DNA from: Candidatus Hydrogenedentota bacterium
GTDB taxonomy: Bacteria; Hydrogenedentota; Hydrogenedentia; Hydrogenedentales; SLHB01
Direction of reading: 5' to 3'
DNA length: 45,856 nucleotides
Assembly (NCBI GenBank): GCA_034408725.1
Contig: JAWXCN010000015.1
Location: 1-45,856 of the forward strand
Positions 20,545 through 29,959 of the stretch are shown piece after piece. Every line of letters starts with the position of its first letter. Position 1 is the stretch's first letter. The notes under the pieces were generated by a model. That model searched no databases. It was not told the DNA's origin and was given only the letters and a program-made list of their open reading frames with translations. Position numbers and translations under genes: made by a program.

Positions 20545-20647
20545 TTTCACCACGAAGACACGAAGATCACGAAGTGGGAGGCGAATTTAAGGTGGTTTTA
20601 TAGAATGGTCCGCTTTTTTTCGTGTTCTTCGTGTCTGCGTGGTGGAA
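20545..20647. repeat. Inverted pair of CACGAAGA tandem repeats, family D
   Basis: CACCACGAAGACACGAAGATCACGAA ... TTCGTGTTCTTCGTGTCTGCGTGGTG, two mismatches; lies just downstream of the decarboxylase stop. Confidence 0.8.
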
Positions 20648-20655
20648 ATTCTTAA

Positions 20656-22095
20656 TCAATGTACTCCGTGGACTATGGCGTTCATTCGAGGGACAAATGC
20701 CCTGATGCAATCTAAAAGTGCGGCAAGATGCGCTTCTTTAGTCAACGGATTCAGCAACGTTACGCGCAGGAATAACCCCCTCGGCAGGCGCGCTTGAACG
20801 ATGTAGAACGCGCCGGATTGTACGATGTGCTTGCGGATGGCCGCATTGAGCGCTTCGAGATCGGCTGTTCCCTTGGGTGCATAACGGAAACAAACAATAT
20901 TGGTATCAGGCTCAATGGCGAGGTCGAAATCTGGCGTATCGCGAACCATCTGGGCAAATGTCCGCGAGAGATCGTACTGTCTTGTTACGTAATCGGCGAA
21001 GAATTTCGTTCCATAACACATGAGCGCCGCGTACACCTTGAGGCACATCATGCGTTTGGTGCATTCCATGGTTCGATGCCCGAGGTTATACCATTCTTCC
21101 TGTGGGTTGCTGCCCAGGAGATACGACGCGCGATCGTCGAACGCGCAGAACGAATGCTCGCTGTTACGGAAAATGACGCCGGTGACGAGCGCCGGCATGA
21201 GCATCATCTTGTGCGCGTCGAACACAACGGAATCGGCGCGCCCGCAACCCTCAAGCAGGTGGCGGTACTTGTCGCTCAACCCCGCTGGACCGCCGTGCGC
21301 GGCATCCACATGCAGCCAGAGTTCGTGCTTTTCGCAGAAATCGGCGATAGGCGCAATTCGATCGTGCGTGCCCGTCGCGGTGGTACACGCACTGGCAACG
21401 ACGCAAAGCGCTTTCCGTCCGTCCGCTTCCGCGCGATTCATTGCGTCCGGCAAGGCGTCTGGCCGCATCCGGAATTCATCGTCGCTGGGCACGCTCACCG
21501 CGGCTTCCTCTCCCCAGCCCATAATTTTCACGGCACGTTTGACTGAATAGTGCGCTTGATCCGAGACGAGGATCGCGGGTTTTACATCGCCGAATTTTTC
21601 CAGCATGACGCGCCGCATGGCGAGCATGGCGGTCATGTTTCCGATAGAGCCACCAGAGGTAAGCACTCCGTCGCAATCGGGGCCAAGCCCAACGACGCCA
21701 CCCATCCATTTAATCAGCGCGCGCTCCATCGCGACGCCTTGCATGCCCATTTCGTAAACGGCCATGCCGTTGTTCAGGAATGAGGCGACCAAGTCGCAGA
21801 GCGCGGCCATTGGGAGCGGACCGGGCACCTGGTGGCCCATGTAGCGCGGATGATGCAGGTGGGTGGCATGTTCGACGGCGCGCGACAAGAGGTTGTTTAG
21901 GTCTTCCGCGGGAAGATCGGGAAAAGTCTGCGGCCACCGCTTGAGCATTGCATCGGTTTCGGTCCAGGGCAACACCGGCATGTCAGCGCCGTTCGTGGCG
22001 CGCGCAAGGTAATCCGCCAGCATATCGACGACGGCGTGCGCCTGCGCGCGAAACAGCTCAGCATCGAACGCGCCGTCTATCGGATCGTTACTCAT
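20656..22095 (-). CDS. Group II PLP-dependent decarboxylase (DABA/aromatic/Glu decarboxylase family)
   Basis: HHPRYMGHQ, TSGGSIGN, HYSV, WLHVDAAHGG, DAHK. Confidence 0.9.
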   Translation of the reverse strand: MSNDPIDGAFDAELFRAQAHAVVDMLADYLARATNGADMPVLPWTETDAMLKRWPQTFPDLPAEDLNNLLSRAVEHATHLHHPRYMGHQVPGPLPMAALCDLVASFLNNGMAVYEMGMQGVAMERALIKWMGGVVGLGPDCDGVLTSGGSIGNMTAMLAMRRVMLEKFGDVKPAILVSDQAHYSVKRAVKIMGWGEEAAVSVPSDDEFRMRPDALPDAMNRAEADGRKALCVVASACTTATGTHDRIAPIADFCEKHELWLHVDAAHGGPAGLSDKYRHLLEGCGRADSVVFDAHKMMLMPALVTGVIFRNSEHSFCAFDDRASYLLGSNPQEEWYNLGHRTMECTKRMMCLKVYAALMCYGTKFFADYVTRQYDLSRTFAQMVRDTPDFDLAIEPDTNIVCFRYAPKGTADLEALNAAIRKHIVQSGAFYIVQARLPRGLFLRVTLLNPLTKEAHLAALLDCIRAFVPRMNAIVHGVH

Positions 22096-22124
22096 AGCCT
22101 ATTACCGATTTGTGATTCTTGGGT

Positions 22125-22205
22125 GGGCGGGTTTTCCAACCCGCCATTTTATTTGTAAACATGAAGCGCGATTGGCATACGAATGGCGGGTTGGAAAACC
22201 CGCCC
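22125..22205. repeat. REPIN, family C copy 2
   Basis: Perfect 24-bp IR GGGCGGGTTTTCCAACCCGCCATT with a 33-nt spacer. Confidence 0.85.
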
Positions 22206-22233
22206 TTCGCAGAATTACAACTTTGCCTGGTGC

Positions 22234-23571
22234 TTATCCGTTCGGTTGAGCCCGGCGCTGGAGCAGCAGTTCGAACTGCTTGATGCGCAGATCGAAAAAG
22301 CTAAACAGTTTTTCGTAGAGTTCTTTGCTTGACGCAGCGATTATCGAGCGGTGATTTGCAACGCTGCTGTCTAGCAGCATGACGTCGTCCAGCGTGTTTC
22401 CGTACGCATCCGTAACATAACAACCGGCTTCGCGCGCAATCAGGAGCGATGCAGCGATATCGTACGGCGCGATGCCCAGCACTGCGCCACGTCCCGCGTT
22501 GATAAAATGGTCCTGCACTATATTCGGAATGTCTCGCAGGAAACGGTTCGCGAAATCGATGCAAGCGTCATACTGACAAGTGAGCAAGCGTGTCAGGCTG
22601 TACGACGTGCTGTTGCAAGCGAAGAACCCGCCTTTCAGACTGGTCAGATCGATCAGTTTTGCCGCCGTCGGGAAAATCAGTTCGGCGGGGCGCGCCGGCA
22701 CGGTCATCGCCCACGACACGGTTTCGAGGTTCGTGTTGCGCGAAAGCTTCGGCTTTTTGACGGCGCCGTCGGCATAGATGCGGGCGCCCTTGCCCCGCTC
22801 GGCGTAGAACGTGCGCGGATGCAGGATTTCCATGACGCACCCGTTGTCGATATCAATGATCCGCGGACGCTCGATGACGCGCGTGCTGGCCACTGAGATG
22901 ACGCAGCCTTCGAAACCGCTTTTGGCCGCGCGCGATCCATCAATGGGGTCTACAACGAGCAAATGTTGGGGTTGACCGGTCGTGAATGTTGCGTATCCCG
23001 CATCTTCGGAATAATAAGCGACGGGCATTTTCGCTTCGCGCAAAAACGTCAGCAGCGCCTTTTCCGCAATTTTGTCGAGCTGGAAAGTCGTATCCCCGCT
23101 CTGCGCAAGCCCGACAACTTCGCGGCCCTTCGCTTGCCGGACGAGCGGTTCCACCGCGATTCGGACCGCGTTCGCCACCTCGAACAAAAATTCGCGCGGC
23201 AGAATTTTCGCGCGCGGATTCGCAGGCCGGCCCGGCGTCACGAGCGATGGCCGGGAAATAGCTGTTGCGGCGCGCGACCGTTCCCGTAACGCATCCGATT
23301 TCGCCATGGCAGAACCGTTTCCGGAAATCGGCGCTGGCTTGGGAGCGGGTGTGGCGGGTTTCGCAGCTTTAACCGGTTTTTGTCGCACCGCGCTCTTCGC
23401 CGGCTTGGACGCTTTTGGCGCTACTTTCTTCGGGGCGGACTTGACGCTCTTTTTTGGCATACTGCGTTTGGGGTTCTTTACTTTTTTGGCGGGGGCCGGT
23501 CTTTTCCTGGGGGAAGCTGTCTTGCGCGCGGCCGGTTTCGCAGCCTTCTTTTTGCTTGTCTTTGTTGCCAT
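22234..23571 (-). CDS. Inositol monophosphatase/FBPase-family protein with a K/A/P-rich N-terminal extension
   Basis: DKIAE, SED, VVDPIDGS, PYDIAAS; first ~80 aa are KKAAKPAA-like. Confidence 0.85.
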   Translation of the reverse strand: MATKTSKKKAAKPAARKTASPRKRPAPAKKVKNPKRSMPKKSVKSAPKKVAPKASKPAKSAVRQKPVKAAKPATPAPKPAPISGNGSAMAKSDALRERSRAATAISRPSLVTPGRPANPRAKILPREFLFEVANAVRIAVEPLVRQAKGREVVGLAQSGDTTFQLDKIAEKALLTFLREAKMPVAYYSEDAGYATFTTGQPQHLLVVDPIDGSRAAKSGFEGCVISVASTRVIERPRIIDIDNGCVMEILHPRTFYAERGKGARIYADGAVKKPKLSRNTNLETVSWAMTVPARPAELIFPTAAKLIDLTSLKGGFFACNSTSYSLTRLLTCQYDACIDFANRFLRDIPNIVQDHFINAGRGAVLGIAPYDIAASLLIAREAGCYVTDAYGNTLDDVMLLDSSVANHRSIIAASSKELYEKLFSFFDLRIKQFELLLQRRAQPNG

Positions 23572-24258
23572 GGTCTCCCTGCGGGCTCCCTGGTTAGCGT
23601 TCGTGGACTGATGTCGTTCCCCGGTGCGGTAGCATCCGGGAATCGTGTCTTCACACAGTCCTTAAGCGCGTCACCTCAATGGACATACAGCCGAATACCA
23701 TAGAATCGTGCTCCCCCGAAGGCGGACTCATATCGCCCCGCACGCCTGCGTCCGGCCGGTTATAACTCCATTCAAAACAATGCCTTGGCCATGAAAGGCC
23801 AAATGGTCCCTTTTTTGGGACGGTACGGGGGACAGTCGGAAACGAATTCCGCGAACTTCCCCTAAGTATTGGGATATCAAGAATTTCTGACAGTAACACT
23901 TCTTGCTTCGCGATAAATCGAAACAGGAAGCCAGTCGCATATCATGTTGTAACTGTTATAGTTGTGATAAATTTGGCTCAGCCGTGGGGTACTACAACGA
24001 CAATCACGCGTTGTGAGGCGGGCAACCGAAGCCTCCCTGGTAGCGGATCACTGCTGTCAAGTCACCTAGACTCGACCTAGTTTAGCAGTTTTGTTGAAGG
24101 TTGTCTACTCTGCTCCATCGCAGGGCTTCGTTGCGTATCCGCCGACCGGCAAACGTAATCGATTCCTTCTCTTGAACTTGCGTACATCCACCACCTTGTT
24201 TGCACTTTGGTCTCGAATCGTTTACACCTCCCGCAGAGAAGGAAAATGATTTCCCATC

Positions 24259-25437
24259 ATGTCACTCTTTCAAACCGATTCGCTTTCACGCCGTCTCGAC
24301 ACGCCGAACTTTCCGTTCATTTTTGCGGCGGTAGTTTATTTTCTGTTCGTGTTGGTCCGGCTCGCCGTCCATGACTGGGATGTGTCCTACTTTGTAACTG
24401 CGGGCGATGCGTTCACTGACGCCACGGAAGCGCCGGCGGGTCTCCAAGTGTTTCGCGATCAGCAAGGGCATGATGGCCAATTTTACTACCGGCTGGCGTT
24501 GGACCCTTTTACGGATCGCGTCACGGACTATGGCATCACGCTCGATCTTCCGGCATATCGTCATCAACGGTTGTTGTATCCGTTGCTAGCGCACGTTTTA
24601 GCATTCGGGGATGCAGGTTATATCCCCCTCTGCATGCTGATGATTAATTATTTTGGGGTCTGCGCCATCGCATGGAGTGGAAGCCGGCTGATGCAACTGT
24701 ACGGCCTGCATGCTGGTTGGGGGCTTGCGCTTGCCTGTTATCCCGGTTTCGTCCTTGCATTGGCGCGCGACTTCAACGAAATTCTTGCCGCGGCGCTTGT
24801 GATTTATGCGTTGTGTTTGGTCTACAGACAACAGCACTGGGGTGCCGCGGGGATATTTTCACTTGGCGTGCTCACGCGGGAAACGAGTGTGCTCGTGCCG
24901 GTGGCGATTGGAATAACGGGAATCTTCGCGCGCGTCCGAGGCGGACCCCGGCAGGCCATAGCACCCTACATACTTCCCGTCGCCACCGGTGTTGCCTGGC
25001 AACTGTATCTCCGGTACAACTGGGGCCATTTCGCAGTGAGTGATACGGGCACCATGGGTCTTCCTTTCGTCAGCTTTGCGCAAAGTCTCTTTGCGAAGAC
25101 CGATTTCGCGAGCGGGCAGCAAATTGCTGGATTCGTTCAGATGCTTTTGGTTGCGGTTTTTGCGGTTGCGGCCGGAATGGCGTGGAGAAGCTCGTCTGCA
25201 CGGCCTTACGAAAAGGCCGCATGGTTGGTGTACGTGGGTCTCGCATGCATTGTAAGCGGCAATGTCTGGTCGGAAGACTGGTCCTTTCTGCGGAACCTGT
25301 GGGAACTCTACGCTTTTGGGGCTATCATACTGGCGACATCGAAGTCGCGCGTCCGCACGCTTATGTTCGCATGCTGGGGCGCGCTGTGGGTGTTTGAAAT
25401 GGCGCTTCGCACTGACGCGCATAAAGTCTGGAGCTGA
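24259..25437 (+). CDS. Polytopic membrane protein, GT-C-like (resembles the AZOBR_p60025 glycopolymer family)
   Basis: GHDGQFYYRLALDPF, YRHQRLLYPLLA, LTRETS; many TM segments. Confidence 0.75.
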   Translation: MSLFQTDSLSRRLDTPNFPFIFAAVVYFLFVLVRLAVHDWDVSYFVTAGDAFTDATEAPAGLQVFRDQQGHDGQFYYRLALDPFTDRVTDYGITLDLPAYRHQRLLYPLLAHVLAFGDAGYIPLCMLMINYFGVCAIAWSGSRLMQLYGLHAGWGLALACYPGFVLALARDFNEILAAALVIYALCLVYRQQHWGAAGIFSLGVLTRETSVLVPVAIGITGIFARVRGGPRQAIAPYILPVATGVAWQLYLRYNWGHFAVSDTGTMGLPFVSFAQSLFAKTDFASGQQIAGFVQMLLVAVFAVAAGMAWRSSSARPYEKAAWLVYVGLACIVSGNVWSEDWSFLRNLWELYAFGAIILATSKSRVRTLMFACWGALWVFEMALRTDAHKVWS

Positions 25438-25441
25438 TCGC

Positions 25442-25867
25442 ATGCGCGCACTAGGAATCGTATTCGTCGTACTCGGCGTGTTGAACGCCGCGAACGGTGT
25501 ATGGATGATCGCCTCTGCGTCTACTTGGTACGAGACGCTTCCCGGACGCGTGCCCGATTTTGGGGCGTACAACGGTCATTTCATCCGGGATATTGGCCTG
25601 GTGTATCTAATTTCCGGCGCGGGGTTTGTTTGGAGCGCGTTTAATCTGCGAACGTGCAGGCCCGTGATGATTGCGCAGGCGTTATGGGCCGGAGGGCATG
25701 CGCTGCTGCATGTCGCTGATCTTCTCACGGGAAGAATTGGGGCCGCCCATTGGTTACTGGATGCGCCAGGCGTGCTGTTGCCAGGGGTGGTGCTCGGGAT
25801 TTTGGCGCTGACGCCAGTTTGGCACGTTGTGAATCCGGCGGCGCGAGGGGCGCAAACACAGGAATAG
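25442..25867 (+). CDS. Small 4-TM membrane protein (DUF4345-like)
   Basis: NGVWM...WY, GAYNGHFIRDIG, HALLH. Confidence 0.75.
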   Translation: MRALGIVFVVLGVLNAANGVWMIASASTWYETLPGRVPDFGAYNGHFIRDIGLVYLISGAGFVWSAFNLRTCRPVMIAQALWAGGHALLHVADLLTGRIGAAHWLLDAPGVLLPGVVLGILALTPVWHVVNPAARGAQTQE

Positions 25868-25872
25868 TCTAC

Positions 25873-26241
25873 ATGCCACAACTGATTCCCAAGGCGGCGT
25901 GCATTCAGGCTGCCGGCAACAAGCCGAAACAAATTCACGAATACGTGGGACGCGTAAACTCCGCCACGTCCGACGTCAGCGTTGCGCACATGATCAGTCC
26001 AGGGGGATGGGTGGAACCCGGACAACGCCCCGAGTTTACCGAATACACGATTGTGCTGCGCGGGACGCTACGCGTGGAACATGAACTCGGCGATGCGATG
26101 GAGGTCCACGCCGGCCAGGGAATCATCACGATGCCGGGCGAATGGGTGCGCTACAGCACACCCGGCGACGATGGCGCGGAGTACATCGCGGTCTGCACGC
26201 CCGCATTCTCGGCGAATAGAGTGATTCGCGATAACGATTGA
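25873..26241 (+). CDS. Cupin domain protein
   Basis: NKPKQIHEYVGRVNS, WVEPGQRPEFTEY, GEWVRYSTP. Confidence 0.88.
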   Translation: MPQLIPKAACIQAAGNKPKQIHEYVGRVNSATSDVSVAHMISPGGWVEPGQRPEFTEYTIVLRGTLRVEHELGDAMEVHAGQGIITMPGEWVRYSTPGDDGAEYIAVCTPAFSANRVIRDND

Positions 26242-26327
26242 CATCGCGGGTGTTCGCGAAAATTGCTGAGCCGGAATTTAGCGCTATGCTGGCGCCCGGC
26301 TTCGACGGTCTGGCATACTTCGCGGTC

Positions 26328-26897
26328 ATGGGCGCATTTGAAGACCGTGTCGTCAGACTGTTCGCAGACATTCATCCGCTGGACAGGGTTGCCCGCGCCG
26401 GATACGTATTGCGCGGGGTCACCGATCCGGAATCCGTCGCCGCGCACAGCCATTTTGTGGCGGTGCTTGCGCTGCTCTTTGTAGATGAATATCCCGCGCT
26501 GTTTGATCGCGAACGTACGTTGACAATGGCCTTGCTGCATGATCTGCCGGAGGCCATGCTCATGGATATCCCGATGCCTGTGTGTGACGGCGAGTTCGGC
26601 GATGCCAAACGCAGCGTCGAGCACGCCATCTTCGAGCGCATGCTGCGCGACTTTCCGGCGCGCTATGGCGAATATCATCGCGATCTCTGCGATCCACAAT
26701 CGCCCGAAGCAAAGCTTGTGCGCGCGCTCGACAAGGCGCAAATGATGCTGAAAATCAGCATGTATGAAAAAGAAGGCCGCGGCAGGTTAAAGGAATTCTG
26801 GGCGAACCCCAAGAATTTTACGGATTACGGATGCAAGCCGGTTTCGGATCTGTTCGATGCCATTTGCGCCAACGCCGGACGTCCGCGGCCGCGATGA
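26328..26897 (+). CDS. HD-domain hydrolase (YfbR/HD_3-like)
   Basis: ESVAAHS, ALLHDLPEA, SPEAKLVRALDK; start chosen after an extended -10 TGGCATACT. Confidence 0.85.
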   Translation: MGAFEDRVVRLFADIHPLDRVARAGYVLRGVTDPESVAAHSHFVAVLALLFVDEYPALFDRERTLTMALLHDLPEAMLMDIPMPVCDGEFGDAKRSVEHAIFERMLRDFPARYGEYHRDLCDPQSPEAKLVRALDKAQMMLKISMYEKEGRGRLKEFWANPKNFTDYGCKPVSDLFDAICANAGRPRPR

Positions 26898-26954
26898 CAG
26901 GGCGGGGCCAACGACTATCCTGCTTCTTCCTAAAATATCGTTTTCGGTAGAGGA

Positions 26955-27102
26955 CTATTTGGACTGCGGTGGCGAAGCGGGTAGCGCAGACACCGCTTTG
27001 GCTGTTTACGGGAGAGGACTTCGTGCACGCACCGTAGCAAGCGTAGACCATCTGTGATGAACAGCCAAAGCGGCGCCTTTGGGGCCGCCGCAGTCCGAAT
27101 AG
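26955..27102. repeat. REPIN/MITE-like element, family A copy 2 (inverted relative to copy 1)
   Basis: Same terminal and inner IRs as 8916-9061, with a diverged spacer. Confidence 0.85.
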
Positions 27103-27107
27103 GCGCG

Positions 27108-27339
27108 CTAAAACTTGTTGTCGCCGCCGAGAATTCCGCCGAGCAGGTTCCCGCCAATTCCCACCACGCCTTTCGATTGCTCGCGGCGTCCGCCCGCGGC
27201 GGCCATAATGCGGTCTGCAAGACGCGAAAACGGAAGGCTTTGCAACACGACGGGGCCGGAGCCCGTGACGGTTGCCAGGAACAACTTCCACCAGTTGCAT
27301 ATCGTCACCGTGAATCTGTTAGTCAATTTCGTGCGCCAT
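27108..27339 (-). pseudogene. Collapsed TIGR00266/AIM24-family gene
   Basis: GAGG SD, then MAHEID*QIHGDDMQLVEV joined out of frame to LFLATVTGSGPVVLQSLPFSRLADRI...GGILGGDNKF*. Confidence 0.75.
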
Positions 27340-27362
27340 GAGAATCCTCGCGTGGACCTTTC

Positions 27363-28742
27363 CTATTTTCCGACTGCCGCTGCGAATTGAGGTTGCCGGC
27401 GGGTGACTATCATGCTCATGCCGTGCTTTGGCCGCAACGTGATCTGGGGATCGAAATCCATTGGATGCCCCGGCACCGTCCGCATTTGAAAGCGTTGCGC
27501 CAGCACGGCCAGCAGGAACACGCCTTCCATCCAGGCAAAGGGTTCACCGATGCACGTTCGCGGCCCGCCGCCAAACGGATAGTAGGCAAACTTGTGTCGT
27601 CCGGCTTGCACTTCAGGCGCGAAACGGTCCGGGTCAAATTTTTCCGGGTTTGGAAAATAGGTGGCATCGCGGTGAGTGATAAACGGACTGAGCAGAATCA
27701 TTGCCCCTTTGGGAATGATGTATTGATCGAGTTTGTAATCGTCGATCACGGTCCGTCCGATCAAGTACGCGGGGGGGAACAGGCGCATGACTTCCGCGAA
27801 GACGCGGCGCGTGTATTCGAGTTTGTGCAAGTCCGCCGGCGTAGGCAGGCGCCCTTCGAGCACGCTGTCAATCTCGGCGTGCATCTTCGCTTCCGCATCA
27901 GGGCTTTCTGACAACAAATGCCATCCGAAGGTCAGCGCGTTCGCAGTGGTTTCGTGGCCCGCGAGAAAGATGGTGACAACTTCATCGCGCACCTGCTTGT
28001 TGTTCATCGTGCCGCCGTCGTCTTCGTCCTGCGCTCTCAGCAGCATGGAGAGCAGGTCGCCGTGATCCTCGCCAGTTGCGCGGCGCTCGTTGATGATGCG
28101 TAGAATTGTTTTATCGATGCGGGCGCGCGCACGAAGAAATTTTATGTTGCGCGGCGTCGGCATCAAGGTCAGTAGCGCCGCCGCGGGATGTGTCACGCGC
28201 TCGAACAACCCGATGATGGTGGTCAGCGCCTCCCCGATTTCATACGCCTCCGATTCGACGTCCGCGTCAAACAACGTCTTCGCGACAATTGCCAGGGTGA
28301 GCCGCATCATCTCCTGCCACATGTCGATGGGATGGCCGTCGATGCCCGATTGTTCCCAGCGGTCCGCGTGGCGCGCGGCATATTCGATCATGATCTCGCC
28401 ATAGGTGTTGATTCGCTGCGAATGGAACGCGGGCTGAATCATGCGGCGCTGCCGCTTGTGGAGTTCGTCTTCGCTTGTCAGCAGCCCTTCGCCCAGAATA
28501 TATTTCGCGACTTCAAGGGCTTTGCTTTTGTGAAAATTCTTGTGGTTCGTGACCAGAATATCTTTCACGTGATCGGGCCGCGTGACCAAATAGATTTCCT
28601 GCCCCCACACCGTGAAACGCGACAGCTCGCCGTATTCGCGGTGAAGGTGCATGAGGAAATGGATGCGGTCTTTTGAAATACGATCCGCGGACCCGATCAA
28701 AAACTTCCCTTTTGGCCCCGCGGGAAGCAGTGTGGTGGACAT
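27363..28742 (-). CDS. Cytochrome P450
   Basis: AGHETT I-helix, EVMR (ExxR), PDRF, FGGGPRTCIG heme motif. Confidence 0.95.
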   Translation of the reverse strand: MSTTLLPAGPKGKFLIGSADRISKDRIHFLMHLHREYGELSRFTVWGQEIYLVTRPDHVKDILVTNHKNFHKSKALEVAKYILGEGLLTSEDELHKRQRRMIQPAFHSQRINTYGEIMIEYAARHADRWEQSGIDGHPIDMWQEMMRLTLAIVAKTLFDADVESEAYEIGEALTTIIGLFERVTHPAAALLTLMPTPRNIKFLRARARIDKTILRIINERRATGEDHGDLLSMLLRAQDEDDGGTMNNKQVRDEVVTIFLAGHETTANALTFGWHLLSESPDAEAKMHAEIDSVLEGRLPTPADLHKLEYTRRVFAEVMRLFPPAYLIGRTVIDDYKLDQYIIPKGAMILLSPFITHRDATYFPNPEKFDPDRFAPEVQAGRHKFAYYPFGGGPRTCIGEPFAWMEGVFLLAVLAQRFQMRTVPGHPMDFDPQITLRPKHGMSMIVTRRQPQFAAAVGK

Positions 28743-28883
28743 GCCCGAACGGTTTCCCTTCCCCGATGATTCCCCGTTTTTCAGCTATTCAGCAGTTTAA
28801 CACTGCCCGCGAAAAACCGCTACCCTCCAATTGAGCAGGCGCGCCGCGTTTGCTACGATGTCGTTTCCCCTGGGAATACTATC

Positions 28884-28997
28884 GTGCCACTAACATCCGA
28901 GCAGCGCATCCACTACGGCTGCGACATTCTCATCCCCAGTCCAGCCGGGTTCGTGGCGGGCGGCCAGCGCCGGCGCGCGCCTAAGCATGTTGATTGA
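28884..28997 (+). pseudogene. Possible remnant of a ThiF/MoeB N-terminus
   Basis: VPLTSEQRIHYGCDILIP...GGQRR resembles the LxxEQxxRYSRHILxPxxGxxGQxxL start of ThiF/MoeB; sits between a TTGAGC-17-TACGAT promoter (28831-28859) and thiG. Confidence 0.5.
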
Positions 28998-29002
28998 AGT
29001 CA

Positions 29003-29803
29003 ATGATTGCATCATCTGATCCCTCCGATCCGTTCATCATCGCGGGAAGAACATTCCGCTCGCGGATGATGGTGGGTACCGGCAAATTTCCGTCGCCGCA
29101 GGCATTGCGCGAATCACTCGAGGGATGCGACGCGGAGATCGTTACCGTGGCGTTGCGCCGCGCGGACTTGTCGAACCCGAATGCCGACAGCATTCTCTCG
29201 GTCATCGATCCCAAGCGCCATTTGCTGCTTCCGAATACTTCCGGCGCGCGGACCGCGGAGGAAGCGGTGCGGCTTGCGAAACTGGCGCGCGCGATGGGGT
29301 GCGAACCCTGGGTGAAACTCGAGCTCACGCCCGAACCGCGGTACTTACTGCCCGATCCGATCGAGACGCTACGCGCGGCCGAAATTTTGGTTAAGGAAGG
29401 GTTCGTTGTGCTGCCGTACATCCAGGCCGATCCCATCCTCGCAAAAAAACTCGAAGAGGTTGGCGCGGCGACGGTAATGCCGCTCGGCGCGCCGATTGGA
29501 AGCAACCGGGGATTGCGAACGCGGGACATGTTGCGGATTATTATCGAGCAGGCGACTGTGCCCGTAGTGGTTGATGCGGGGATCGGCGCCCCCTCGCATG
29601 CTGCGGAAGCAATGGAACTGGGCGCGGATGCCGTACTGGTGAACACCGCGCTCGCGGACGCGCGGGACCATCGCGCGATGGCGGAGGCGTTTGCAATCGC
29701 TACGCGCGCGGGCAGGATTGCGTATCACGCGGGTCTAGGTCCCGAACGCACGACGGCCGAGGCGTCTTCGCCGTTGACCGGTTTCCTGAATCAGGAATCC
29801 TAG
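29003..29803 (+). CDS. thiG: Thiazole synthase
   Basis: [48 protein letters not shown]. Confidence 0.96.
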   Translation: MIASSDPSDPFIIAGRTFRSRMMVGTGKFPSPQALRESLEGCDAEIVTVALRRADLSNPNADSILSVIDPKRHLLLPNTSGARTAEEAVRLAKLARAMGCEPWVKLELTPEPRYLLPDPIETLRAAEILVKEGFVVLPYIQADPILAKKLEEVGAATVMPLGAPIGSNRGLRTRDMLRIIIEQATVPVVVDAGIGAPSHAAEAMELGADAVLVNTALADARDHRAMAEAFAIATRAGRIAYHAGLGPERTTAEASSPLTGFLNQES

Positions 29804-29959
29804 TATCGAGTCTGGTAGCCGTCGCTACCGCTTTTGCTTCCGGCGGAGCCGGAGTGGTAATAGTCGCGGTGTTTCTAGCATGGCAATTGCGCTTGGTAAG
29901 TGATAGCGGCAGCGACTGCAGCCGCACGCCACATTGGTTTAAGGAGCGGTTCCCGGATC

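Noticed and set aside
20545-20647. CRISPR-like appearance of short repeats
   Set aside because: Units are 8-9 nt with no unique spacers, and there are no cas genes
23605-23661. Hammerhead ribozyme (CUGAUG on +)
   Set aside because: Core reads CUGAUGU, with no GAAA after stem II
24060-24233. tmRNA (minus-strand GGGAGGTGTAAACGATTCGA start; TCCACCA on +)
   Set aside because: No T-arm or acceptor stem on the same strand and no plausible ALAA-type tag
28743-29002. TPP riboswitch upstream of thiG
   Set aside because: The conserved CUGAGA and ACCUG..UAAU..GCG.AGGGA elements are absent
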